Assembly: GCA_951406725.2 (NCBI GenBank)
Contig: OX597832.1
Coordinates: 69,812,001-69,876,000 of the forward strand
Length of the DNA stretch: 64,000 nucleotides
Origin: Octopus vulgaris
Taxonomy: Eukaryota
Reading direction: 5' to 3'
Each line of letters opens with the position of its first letter. The first letter of the stretch is position 1. Made by a program: the position numbers and the translations under genes. Positions 11,566-23,189 of the stretch are shown here, piece after piece. The notes under the pieces are model-generated. The model searched no databases. It was given only the letters and a program-made list of their open reading frames with translations, and was not told the origin of the DNA.

Positions 11566-11830
11566 ATGTTATTGCACCTTTTGCTCTCTCTGTCCTTCTC
11601 TATACATCGAGCAAACGGGACGCCGCTGGGCTGACCGGTTCGCGGAGCAACTCCGAAACATCTGCTTCGGCAATGACACCCAGGTCTCGCGCCTTTTCTC
11701 CTCTACCAGTCACTCATTGGAACACCTGTCTGTGTTCGGATTGTCCTTGCACAGGAGACATCCGGACTCCCGTTTGTGTCGTGAACAAGGATTGATCTTC
11801 TCTCTTCGCTCCTTTGCATGGGCTCAATTC
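11566..11830 (+). mobile_element. PLE GIY-YIG endonuclease remnant (Neptune-like)
   Basis: YCTFCSLCPSLYIEQTGRRWADRFAEQLRNI...VSRLFSSTSHSLEHL...REQGLIFSL..GLN matches the PLE endonuclease pattern CxxC-YIGQT-R-RFxEH...HF...H...EQxLI...GLN. Confidence 0.85.
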
Positions 11831-12169
11831 TCCTACCCTCATCAACTAACCTCCTCCCCTCTCCTCTCTCCCCCTCATACCTAATTCCTCCCACCCATCT
11901 CTCCTCTCTTGCTTCGACTCCTACTTCTCTTCACTCCTACTCTCTTTCTCTCTTCCCACCAACCCACCTTCTCCCGTCATCGTCACCCCTCCCTCGTAAC
12001 CCCACCCCTACACAATCTAACCCCACCTTCCCTATCCATCGCATTCTACCCACCCCATCCCTTACACCCACTCCCACATAGCCCACTTCTACCCCCACCC
12101 ACCCACATACCCCACCTCTACCCCCACCCGCAGATCACAAAATACAGCTCCCAACATTACTTCAGAGCT

Positions 12170-12968
12170 TAGTGATCACCTCGAGAACCCAGTTTCCACA
12201 AAACTGTTCGCCGGTAGCTGCACAAAGCCGGATCTAACAGGAAAGCTGCAATCAGAAACCCACCACTTTCAAAAACAAACGTTGCAAAGCGTTTAGAGTG
12301 GAGTAAAAACCTAGAGCTGTGGAAGAATGTTATTTTCTCGGACAAGTCATCCTTTACCATATTTCTAACCACAAGCCGAGTATACGTGTGGAGACAGCCC
12401 AAAGAAGCATTTGATCTAGACTTCCTTCTTCCAAAGTTAAACATGGAGGAGGATCTGTGATATTCTGGAGGGCTGTAGCCCACATCCGCTAATCCAATGG
12501 TTTCCCTTCGTGGCAGAATTAATAGTCAAGATTATTTAAGAATTTTATCTGATCAAATTCATCCTGTTGTTGCGGAACTGTTTCCAGAGGGAGACACAAT
12601 CTTTCAGGAAGATAAAGCACCAATTCACACAGCTAAAGTTGTTACCAAATGGCACGATGAACGTTTTTGTGAAGTTGGACATCTTATTTGGCCACCAAAG
12701 TCTCCAGATCTCAATATTATTGAACATCTATGGTGCATTTTAGAAAAACAATTAAGGAGTCAATATCCTCCACCATCACCACTACAAGAATTGGAGACGG
12801 TTTAAGCTGAAAAATGGACAACAGTTCCTTTGGAAATAATTCAAACTTTGTACGAGTCCATACCTCGTGGAATTTAAGCTGTAATTACTGCGAAAGTTGG
12901 TCCTACCCAATATTTAAATAAATTTGTTTGAAATTTGAAGGTGTTTCCATTATTTTGTCCAGCCCTTA
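12170..12968 (+). mobile_element. Tc1-like transposon 3' portion, DD36E spacing, with right TIR
   Basis: WKNVIFSDKSSF, KHGGGSV, IFQEDKAPIHTAKVV, WPPKSPDLNIIEHLW, AVITAKVGPTQY*; several stops; TIR ggtgtttccattattttgtccagccct followed by TA. Confidence 0.9.
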
Positions 12969-13053
12969 TATATTTATATACTTGCACAAGGTAAAAAATA
13001 CACATGTATATAAAAACAAGTGCAAAATATACACTCTTACACACACATATGTT

Positions 13054-13089
<36 letters not shown>

Positions 13090-13485
13090 TACATTTATCC
13101 ACACACAAGCACACACATTCATCATTCGGCAACGTCTAACCTTTATGGAAATTGCGACCTAAATTCGAAATAGCGCTGTCACCACCATCAACACATTACA
13201 GTTTTTCCCTGTCTTTTCACATTTATGAAATGGTTTTGCCTTCAGCAAACCCTCCCACCCTACCCCCTGCTGATTTGTAGTGATGAGGCATTAATGAAAC
13301 CACTAACTTTCTTACGAACGAATGGATACACACCTACACATTTCAGTCACGCACACATGCTAATATCGGTATAAATGCTCACACACGAACACATACACTC
13401 TCTTGGCCGCGCATGCGTGAGTATTTCATATATTGAACTGTAATGACTTATAATAAGGTCATATAAGGCACTTTTATGTTTTCAT

Positions 13486-13523
13486 GCGACAAATCAGAGA
13501 CGCCCATTCATGATATGTGCGTC

Positions 13524-13583
<60 letters not shown>

Positions 13584-13655
13584 AATGTATGTATTTATGT
13601 ATGTATGTATTTACGTACGTACGCACATAGATGGGGGCGTCTCTGATTTGTCACA
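13486..13655. repeat. Short fold-back with microsatellite spacer
   Basis: gacaaatcagagacgccc...tatgtgcgt is inverted with acgcacata...gggcgtctctgatttgtc around (TA)n(TG)n. Confidence 0.65.
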
Positions 13656-13724
13656 TATATACATAGATATGTATATGTAATATACACATTATATGCGTGT
13701 GTGCATACACGCAGGAGACCCTTT

Positions 13725-14080
13725 TGCGGGGTTGCAGGGAGAAGGGATGGCAGTTATGGCTTTTCCCAGTTGAGATTGGTAGTAGCGGAGTCCCCGCTCA
13801 ATCGGCATGGAAGATGTTCACAGTCATTGGAATGGGAGGGAAAAAGCGAAGGGTGGCTGTACACGGAATGAGAGAGAGGCAGCTGAAAGAGAACTCTTAT
13901 TGGGTTTGGAGCAAGAGAGAGGAATTAAGCAGAACGCCAGGTGATGAGGAGGAGCAGTACTTTAGCCACCTCTACTGACCCACCAACGGGAAGGTTGTAG
14001 GGTTCAGGTTTGAAACACCCGATGAATGTTGGATATCATCAGTTCGTCCTCGCCAAGGCTCCATTCACTTTCGCGAATGG
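13725..14080 (+). mobile_element. HERO/NeSL-like RLE non-LTR retrotransposon 3' end
   Basis: CREKGWQLWLFPVEIGSSGVPAQSAWKMF..IGMGGKKRR...YWVWSKREE resembles the HERO-clade C-terminus (GW...PVEVGCRGF...WLW.KR). Confidence 0.72.
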
Positions 14081-14115
14081 AAAAAGTACCTCCTTATAAG
14101 TGTTATTAACATTTT

Positions 14116-14171
14116 GATAGATAGATAGATAGATAGATAGATGAATAGGAAAGTTGGTAGATAGATAGATG

Positions 14172-14244
<73 letters not shown>

Positions 14245-14258
14245 ATAGGTAAGTTGGT

Positions 14259-14303
<45 letters not shown>

Positions 14304-14425
14304 CAGATAGATAAATAGGTAAGTTGGTAGATAGATAGATGGATAGATAAATAGATAGGTAGGTAAATAGGTAGGTAGGTAGGTAGGTAGATAGATAGAT
14401 ACATAGATAAATAGACAGATAGATG

Positions 14426-14497
<72 letters not shown>
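14116..14497. repeat. (TAGA)n microsatellite array
   Basis: Direct inspection. Confidence 0.97.
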
Positions 14498-14498
<1 letters not shown>

Positions 14499-14509
14499 GA
14501 AAGATAGAT

Positions 14510-14540
<31 letters not shown>

Positions 14541-15673
14541 AAGAAAGAAAGAGAGAGAGAGAGAGAAAGAGATGGTTCTCAAATCAATCAACAATGTACA
14601 TAAGTAATAAATAATTTTTATGCTGGTCGAAAGAATCAAAGAATTAATTTTTAGTAGCGAAGGTCGGGATTTTTACTTACAACTTAGAGATTAGTATAGA
14701 AATTGACAGTAGATATTTGTTGAGCCATTTCCATTTCCTTGCCGTCCATTTTCATGATGCTAAATAACATGTTTTAACAGAAAAAGAACTTTAAGATATG
14801 AGTACCTTCAACGTATGAATAATGCTTAATTTATCGACCCCAGATAGATACAATAGCAGTAAAGATGACTACCCGTTAGATTTGAACTTCCAAGAAAAGA
14901 ATGGCCGACCTAAATATCAAGAGATATTTTGTACGACATTCTTATTCAGCCATTTAAAAAATTCTTCTAAGTCGATGTCATTAAATTCAGGAATCTATTT
15001 ATGAAATTTATCTTGCAATGTCTGTCCTCGCCATCCAACTGCGATTCTCTTTACCCGTCTACAGCGTTTTAGAGAACATTAGCATTTTTGAGGTATCCTG
15101 TCTGAAATGGTAACAAGTATATAACTTTGGAACAATTGATTAAGATTTCGCCGAGAACGGCAGTCCACAGTCTTCAATATCCTACCGGGTTATGCGTCTA
15201 TGACAGGATGAACTTCACCTCTGATTTATAGGAGAGCTTAAAAGCTTTTAATCGAAGCAAGTGAACACGCACGTTACATACAAACAATATACTTTATAAC
15301 ATATCACACATCTCCAACACAGGCACACACACAAACACACACACACCCACTCACACGCACACATATCAGCATACGTGTTGATAATTGCAGAGAATTTTCT
15401 ATCGTAGAATTACTAGGGAAAATTCAAAATCTCTGAGCCTAATGTAGCAGAATCACAAGGTTAAAAATAAATAACTTCTTCACTGACTCTCTTTCCCTTT
15501 TCTATCATTCATTCTTTCATTCTTTCTTTCCTCCTTTCTCTCAACGTTTCTTTTAGTCTCTCTCCCTCGTCTTCTTTCCTTTCTCTATTTTGCAAAATTC
15601 CAAATTCCAACGTTCTCCAGAGGAAAACACACGCACATGTACAAGCATCTGTTCCTAAATATATACACATGTC

Positions 15674-15726
<53 letters not shown>

Positions 15727-15729
15727 ATG

Positions 15730-15760
<31 letters not shown>

Positions 15761-15769
15761 GATGGACAC

Positions 15770-16045
15770 TCTTGCCATTACACGACATATGAGGGTTCGA
15801 CAATTTCTTAGCGAACTTCCACACAGATGATTTGTTTATAGGGATCAAATTTTTGTGTAGACATAAGCTCACTCCATCCATCAGATCGACATCACCTGTA
15901 CAGGTGCAACTGGGTGCCACATGTCAGATGACGAAATGATCGCAGAGCAACGTGAAATGCAGTGCTTTGTTCAAAAACATAACGCAATGCCCGGTCTGGG
16001 AATCGAACCCAGAATCTCGCATTCATGATTGCAACACCTTTACCA
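15770..16045 (-). mobile_element. tRNA-derived SINE, family C-like head
   Basis: Reverse complement ggcttagtggg...ggttcgattccc (B box)...ttgaacaaagcactgcatttcacgttgctc resembles the heads at 39989 and 53306. Confidence 0.65.
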
Positions 16046-16073
16046 CCCACTAAGCCATGTGCCTTCACATATA

Positions 16074-16122
<49 letters not shown>

Positions 16123-16193
16123 ATGGTGGTGTGTTTAGATCTCCGTAACTTAGTAGTTCGGCAAAATATATATATATGTAGATACATATATGT

Positions 16194-16237
<44 letters not shown>

Positions 16238-16565
16238 TTATGTATGTATATATGTATGTATGTATGTATATATGTATGTGTATGTATGTTTTTGTTTATG
16301 CATATATATGTAAGTAAACATATAGATAGGTACATAGGTAATATGGACAGACAAAAACACACCCATACATACGTAAATGAAAACTGAAACACAGGACCAT
16401 ATACACACCCGCACACTTCACACAAATATACATTTGGAGACACAACTATATATAACATACGCACATACATAAACAAAAACCCTTACAGAGACACACTCAA
16501 ACATGAACACATAAACACATGAATAAGCAGAATACATATATATACTCACACACATATATGTATTT

Positions 16566-16650
<85 letters not shown>

Positions 16651-16705
16651 CATATATATAAATATACATGTATACATATATGTATATGTATACCTGTATA
16701 TATAT

Positions 16706-17245
16706 GTTGTTATATTTCGAAATGGTCATTTCGCCAGTTTAGCCAATATATATATACGCACATAAAAAACAATGAACGGACAAGCTAAACATGTGCTATC
16801 ACTTTAAAGTCTTTAATATTTAATTTATAATTAAAACACCAACAATGGATCTTGCTGACATTATTACTTTGTAAGTATTTCATTAATTTTTTTACTATGG
16901 AACTGCGAACTAATGTTATACTTCTTCTATGACCGCTCCTAGATTATTCAAAGAACTGGTAACTACTAATATCTATGCTTAATGATATTCTTGATTTCTC
17001 TCTCTCCTGCGGCAGAATACATAGCTTACTTAGGAATCGTTACTTAATAAAGCGTGCTCAACATGTTTGTCTCTTCTAGAAACAGCTGTAAGAGACTTTA
17101 CCTGTTTACTTTTACCTCCCACTACGTTTAAGTTATCGCTCCCCAATGAACCCTTTCTAAACAGCTTTGATAGGTAGCCTCGCCACCAATTTCTTTTCAG
17201 CTGCAGTATACAGTACATACCTATTACATTAAGAACGAAAATCCC
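16706..17245. mobile_element. Composite of PLE terminal remnants in (TA)n
   Basis: Starts with the terminus shared with 2225 (tgttatatttcg.aatggtcat.t.gccagtttagccaata); collapsed HHR remnant gtctct..gaaacagctgtaagagac at ~17069-17097. Confidence 0.5.
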
Positions 17246-17251
17246 CTCTCT

Positions 17252-17301
<50 letters not shown>

Positions 17302-17343
17302 GAAAGAATGGAGTCGAACGAAGATGTCAACAAAATTCCTTTA

Positions 17344-17425
17344 CTCTCGACCTATGTTTCGAAGACAGCATGTTTTCATTCCAAAGGAATAAAGGGTGCA
17401 TTATGCAATTTTCTCATCAGGAAAG
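17344..17425 (-). ncRNA. Hammerhead ribozyme, inverted copy of 20010-20091
   Basis: Reverse complement retains CUGAUGA...GAAAC..GUC; single substitutions in stems II and III. Confidence 0.7.
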
Positions 17426-17441
17426 AAAGGGAGCCTCTCTC

Positions 17442-19731
17442 AGATACCTCGATAACGTCTCTAGAGATATAAACAGCTTAGATTCTATCCTGGTCCAATC
17501 GGATAAAACCGGCAACATCTATAATCTTACCAAGAGCCATTATTTGGAACTGCTCGAAAAGGAGATACGTAAGAATTACAGGACCACCAGTAGGAATACT
17601 CTCAGGCAGGCCAACTTAGAAACTAAGCAGATTATGGAGACTTACGGATTACAGATGAAGACGGAACCAGTGAACGCTAGGCAACCCAGATTCATCTTAA
17701 AGGACCACAAGCAGAACTTTCATACTAACCCAGCATTGCGGCTCATATGCCCTTCCAGTTCAGACATCGGTACCCTTAGTAAATACGTATTAGATAAGTA
17801 TATCCCTATATTAATTAATAAATTAAAACTTAGCTTATGGTCCAATTCTGTTCAAGTCGTAGATTGGTTTACTTCTATTACTGATAAGGCCAACACTAAA
17901 TTTATCCAATTCGATATATCTACTTTCTATTCCTCAATCAACCCTATTATACTTAATAAGGCCCTATGGCACGCACACAATAAGGCAGGCCTCTCCAGGG
18001 AAGAAATTAGTGTGATATTGACTGCTAGGAAATCTTTCATCCAGTTCGATAGCAAGTTGTGGGTCCGTAGAGATACCCCTAATGCGTTTGATGTACTAAT
18101 GGGAAGTACAGACAGCGCCCAGATAGCCGATTTGGTCGGAATTTATATTCTTTATGAAATGGCCGACCAATTCCCGGACATCTGTGGAGGCCTTTATCGC
18201 GACGATTGTCTGCTTTACCTCCAAAACGTTTCGAACCAAAAAATACAGAAGGTTAAGAACAGATTAGTTAGGTTTTTTAGGAGAATGGGCTTGCGCATAG
18301 TTTTTGACGATGAATTAACTAAAGCGAACTTCTTGGACATTACCCTCAATCTGCAGAATAACTCATACTTCCCTTATCATAAACCTTCCACAAATCTTAA
18401 GTATATTAGCATTTTCAGTAATCATGCCAGGCCAATTACCGATAATTTAGTTAAAAACATATCTCTGAGACTGTCCAAATTATCTGCTAATATCGACATC
18501 TTTAACCAAAAGGCAGACTTCTATAACGCCGCCTTGTTAAGAGCCGATTATAAGGAGAAAGTGTCATACATCGACTCATCTCATTCTAAACCAACATCCG
18601 CTTCTCCAGATAGTAAAGATACTATTTCTCCAGATAGTAAAGTTACTATTTCAATTCTAATAGTGCCAGCAACCCGTACATAAAATAAATTCTTTACGGA
18701 TTAGGGGAGGTAAGCGCCATGCAACCCCAAATTTCCAACCCAGAAATTTTCCCCTTACTATCACAAATAACACTAAGAAAATTTCAAAGGCCACAAAAAA
18801 CTGTATCTGGTTCGTAATACTTTTCGGAAAACAAATTAAATCGAACCTTCCCTTACAGTTCCGTGAAGCCGTTGCTAAGAACTTTCCCAGAAATTCTAGA
18901 TATTCTATTATCAATTCCCACAAGGTCAGAATCGCTTTCTCTAACACTAGGAATCTTTCATAAATTATATCTTCCCACAATACCCAGCTGCTAAACAAAG
19001 ATTCTTCACCCGGGAGTTCCAACACTAATCTTGCTAATCCCAACCCATCATACAATCATAATAATAGGAATAGTATTAATAGTAACAGCATCAGTAGCAG
19101 CGAAAGTGTTAACAATGAAAATATTAATAATAGTATTAGTCGTGTTAATAACAATGGTAGTGTTGATGGTAACAGCAATAACGGTATTATTGTCGGTGGT
19201 ATTACCGGTTGTAGTACCATTAATAATACTAATAATAATAGAAATAGTGTAGTTGTTAGCGCTAATAATAATAGTAACAACAATCATAACAATAAAAACT
19301 TCGTTTCGATCTCGGAGGACAACCCCAACAGAATTAAATTTTTGTCTAGTAATTCTAAGATTAAGAATTCTATTTACCAGTGTAGAATTTCTTCCGGTAC
19401 CGATGTCTTCTTCTATATAGGAGCGTCCACTTCCCAGTTATCCCAGAGAATTTCAAACCACTATTCAACATTCAGGGATAGTAAAAAATGACATAGTACA
19501 GGGCTAAGTAAATTAGTTTGGCGTCTTAAAGACAACAATATAATTTTCAAGTTAGATTGGTTCATACTGTTTGTATCCTTTCCTTTTGATAAGGGCAGGA
19601 GCTTTTGTAACGTTTGTAATTCTGAACTCTTCCATATTCTTTTCTCTAAGGTTCCTCTAGTAAACACACTCAAAGAAAAATTGTACAAATGTAAACACTG
19701 GCAGAAACACACTTTCTACTCATATAAATGA
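17442..19731 (+). pseudogene. PLE RT / GIY-YIG polyprotein, disrupted
   Basis: SDKTGN, LKDHK..LRLI, FIQFDISTFYSSI, FDVLMGS, GLYRDDCL, NFLDITL; frameshift near 18600-18680; stops at 18961 and 19489; endonuclease SIYQC..FYIGAST..QRISNH..LSKLVWRLK..CNVCNSE..CKH, ending TGA at 19729-19731. Confidence 0.9.
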
Positions 19732-20009
19732 TAACGATAGTCACTGTGGTTTGAACAATTAGCTTTACGTCCACCCCACTACTATAGAGAAATTCTTTCC
19801 TAAGCCTTCGAACATTCTTTCAATCAACGTACCCTTCCCTCTCCACTTGTTCCCTACCTATTATTCCTTTATCCCTTCTCTTCCTACTATCTAACTTTGA
19901 CGTCAATTCTTCTAACGGATTTTTTTTAAAAGCACTCATTATCGCTTTGTTTACCATGTAGGCAATCATCGAAATTTTTGTTTGTCTTGTTGTCGAGAGA
20001 GGCTCCTTT

Positions 20010-20091
20010 CTTTCCTGATGAGAAGATTGCATAATGCACCCTTTATTCCTTTGGAATGAAAACATGCTGTCTTCGAAACATATGTCGAGAG
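20010..20091 (+). ncRNA. Type-I hammerhead ribozyme in the PLE 3' pseudo-LTR
   Basis: CUUUC CUGAUGA GAAGAU...GUCUUC GAAA CAUAUG UC GAGAG: canonical core, palindromic stem III ACAUAUGU, GUC triplet. Confidence 0.9.
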
Positions 20092-20292
20092 TAAAGGAAT
20101 TTTGTTAACATCTTCGTTCGACCCCATTCTTTCATTTATTCATATACAACACACAAATTTCTGCACATGAACCCGGAGTTTCTACCCTTGACAGGTCGCT
20201 TCAACAGTGTTTCTGACGTGAATTTGCTACCCAGGTTTCGATTAAACGAATTTTCCATGCTGACGATAAACATAGGATAATTCATTCACCTA

Positions 20293-20327
<35 letters not shown>

Positions 20328-22022
20328 GCACAAATGCACACACACACACACACACACACACACGTATATGATGGACCTTCCCATCGGTTTCAACGTATGC
20401 GGCTCCGACAACATACTTATTCTTTGTGAGTCACAACGTCTATGTCAAATGTGACATCCAAGTCCCGCCAACAATTTGTTTTTACTGTGCCCCCATACAC
20501 CTAAGAGAGTTAATTTCCATATGAATGAATGATTTACATACGTCTCAGAGTAAGACCCCCATATTCTATGACTGTATGCATGAATTTATAGAATATTTTT
20601 GAACGAATAATTGTGAAACTTTCCCAAACATTCGTTGGCTAAAGTTACACTTAAAGGAAAGTTTTAACACGAAATCTTACTCGCATGTTTTCGAAAGTAA
20701 TTTGCTAAAATAAGATAATGATGCTACAAAAGATAAATTGCTTTGCTGGTTTTCTTTCCGAGTCACCTTCAGAAAACGTAATGACAAGATTATTTTTATA
20801 AAGTGATTCAAACTCTTATGTCAGGAAATCTGAATACTTTTCAAACCAACAAGGAATTTATTTAGGCGTATCATTTAACCAGTTTTTACATCTTTTTCTT
20901 TTCTCTTTTTTTTTTCTCGAGTCTCGTGAAAGAATTTCTGCAGTTTCCCTTTTTGGATACTATTAAGATTTATGTTTTCCTGCCCTAAAAATTTCATACA
21001 AACAATGATTCATTTGCATCCTGGTCTTGTGAGATTTTAGGGACATTTTACTTATAAATAATTGTCTTTGTTGGAATCTTCACCGAAACAAAAATCCCCC
21101 CAGAACAGGGATTTTCATAGAGAAAATAACGCCATCATTGGTATCCGCAGCATTCTGTTAATCCTTAAAACTCAAGGCTGATTTCTCTTGTTACAACAGG
21201 GCATTGTCTATACCAGCTGAAAATGAAATTTCATGTCAAAACCGAAAGAAAAACCACAAAAAGATTAAAAAAGTTGTAGTTTTACATGTCTTAGGAAACA
21301 AAACCCACGGAAACTGAAAACGAATCCAAAAATATTCTACATAAAAAATCATTGTTGCACACTACAAGCATTTTCACGATTCTAGTGATCTGAAGCTATC
21401 TTGAGACTCCAATAAAATAACCTTGAATATCATAACAAAAGATCTCCCATCCGTTTCGTTCACCATCAACAAAAAAATCATACCCTTCTACTTTATAGAG
21501 CTTTATAGAGCTTATCTCATGTAAATAACTCTACAGTTGATTTAATTGAATGCCCTTTGCCTGTGGTTATTGAGATCATGTGAGGCATTCGTATTGGTCT
21601 GCTAAAGCAAGTAGATAAATATCTGAGAATTTCCTGTTACTTCACTTTCGGAATGATGGGCCCTTTACAGAGAAGATAGAGAGGTTTTAAAACGAATCGT
21701 AGGCTACACAGATAACCTTGAATCAAAAGCTTTATATATTGTAATAGTATATCAGAATGCATAGTTAATGGGCGTCTGATAATACAGGTATGACTGTGTG
21801 TTAGACGGCCAAGCAGTAAATAATATTATATATGCTAATCTAGAATACAGCCAAAAACTGCTGTACACCAGTGGTTGCAGTGTTGAGTGTGTTGAGTGTG
21901 CAGCCTCTACAAGGTAGCTATTTTGGGAGGGGAGGTGGGGCAAATATATATTGAAGAATGCTACAGTGAAGGAACAGACACCGCCCAATTTAACTGTTTC
22001 ACAGGGTGTACAAAAAACCATG

Positions 22023-22111
22023 CTACACTAATCCTCTGCTGTCCTCTCCTGCAGGACCGTCACAAACTGGTTTATGAGAAAGTACACATTCAAGAACCAT
22101 GATTAAAGCTC
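22023..22111 (-). CDS. Candidate terminal exon of an unidentified minus-strand gene
   Basis: Acceptor ttcattccatcttacag, then (G)ALIMVLECVLSHKPVCDGPAGEDSRGLV*, then ~1.3 kb of repeat-free UTR-like sequence with minus-strand AATAAA near 20860. Confidence 0.35.
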
Positions 22112-22809
22112 CTGTAAGATGGAATGAAGATGGATTATCGTTGCTTTGTTCAAAATCGATCCATCAATGTCTGCGACTGCCTCTAATGTGAAATATATAA
22201 ATGGCATTTTGTTGTACGAGTCTTTTTTAAAGCATAACACGTTTGTATATCTAGACAGAAATAAACTCATATTTGTTGGATATCTAAAGGAAACAAAATA
22301 TATATATCGAATTATATTTGGATCATTTCGCACAATTTTGACATTTTCCCATACGTTCTTATATATTAAGTTATTGCCACTTCTTTCTTTCTTTCTTTTT
22401 TTCTTTCTTTCTTTCTTCGGATCTTTATTTTTTTTATTCCAGTTGTTCTTTGTTTGTTTGTTTTATTCTTTCATTATGTATTTAGTTGGCAAAGAGATAA
22501 GCGACCAGCCTCTAGTTTCATACTCCGTAATCAACGCGGTTAACTTATTGAACAATGAACTTCTTGTCGGAGTTATTCGCTTTGGATGTATATATATTTC
22601 CCACTGGATTCCTTATCTTTCTTTCTTTGCAGGATTTCTTATCTTTCGTTACAGGATTTCTTGATGAAAACAAACTACAAAAACAACAGAAACAGCAAGA
22701 GAAACAAGAACACCGTGGCTTAAAAATTATCATTCTTGCTTTCTAATAAAAATAAGGAGGATTTTCTAACAAGGTGTTCTGCCGATACTGTCACCAACAT
22801 ACAGGCCTT

Positions 22810-22840
22810 AATAATGATGATGATGATGATGATGATGATG

Positions 22841-22932
<92 letters not shown>

Positions 22933-23001
22933 AAGAAGAAGAAGAAGAAGAAGAAGAAGAAGAATACCAACAACAACCACAACAACAACGACAATAATAA
23001 T
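22810..23001. repeat. Compound trinucleotide microsatellite (GAT)n(AAT)n(GAA)n(CAA)n
   Basis: Direct inspection. Confidence 0.95.
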
Positions 23002-23189
23002 AGTCAAGTTATCCCCTTATTGTCTTTGCTTTTTCTATTTTTTACCTCTCTTTAAATTCGTCAGGAGGCAGCCCTTACCTCACCACTCTTATTTTCTTTT
23101 TTAAACGAAATTTGAGAAGATTCTAAGAGCTTTATCAAAAGTGATATCTCTCTTAATTACTTTCAATCGTTTCGCATTTCTCTGCTGTC

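Larger units (their letters stand above)
17297..20296 (+). mobile_element. 5'-truncated Penelope-like retroelement (RT plus C-terminal GIY-YIG) with inverted pseudo-LTR, in (TA)n
   Basis: Inverted arms ~17297-17441 and ~19995-20138; RT and endonuclease coding between them; HHR in both arms; tail to ~20296; (TA)n flanks. Confidence 0.93.

Noticed and set aside
17370-17441. ATG start of the 437-aa ORF
   Set aside because: Lies in the antisense copy of the pseudo-LTR; the true element is 5'-truncated
19489-19491. In-frame TGA in the PLE endonuclease as possible selenocysteine
   Set aside because: The equivalent position is Arg in the 39.5 kb relative (KNKRHDT vs SKK*HST), so CGA/AGA to TGA decay is simpler; the copy also has a TAA and a frameshift
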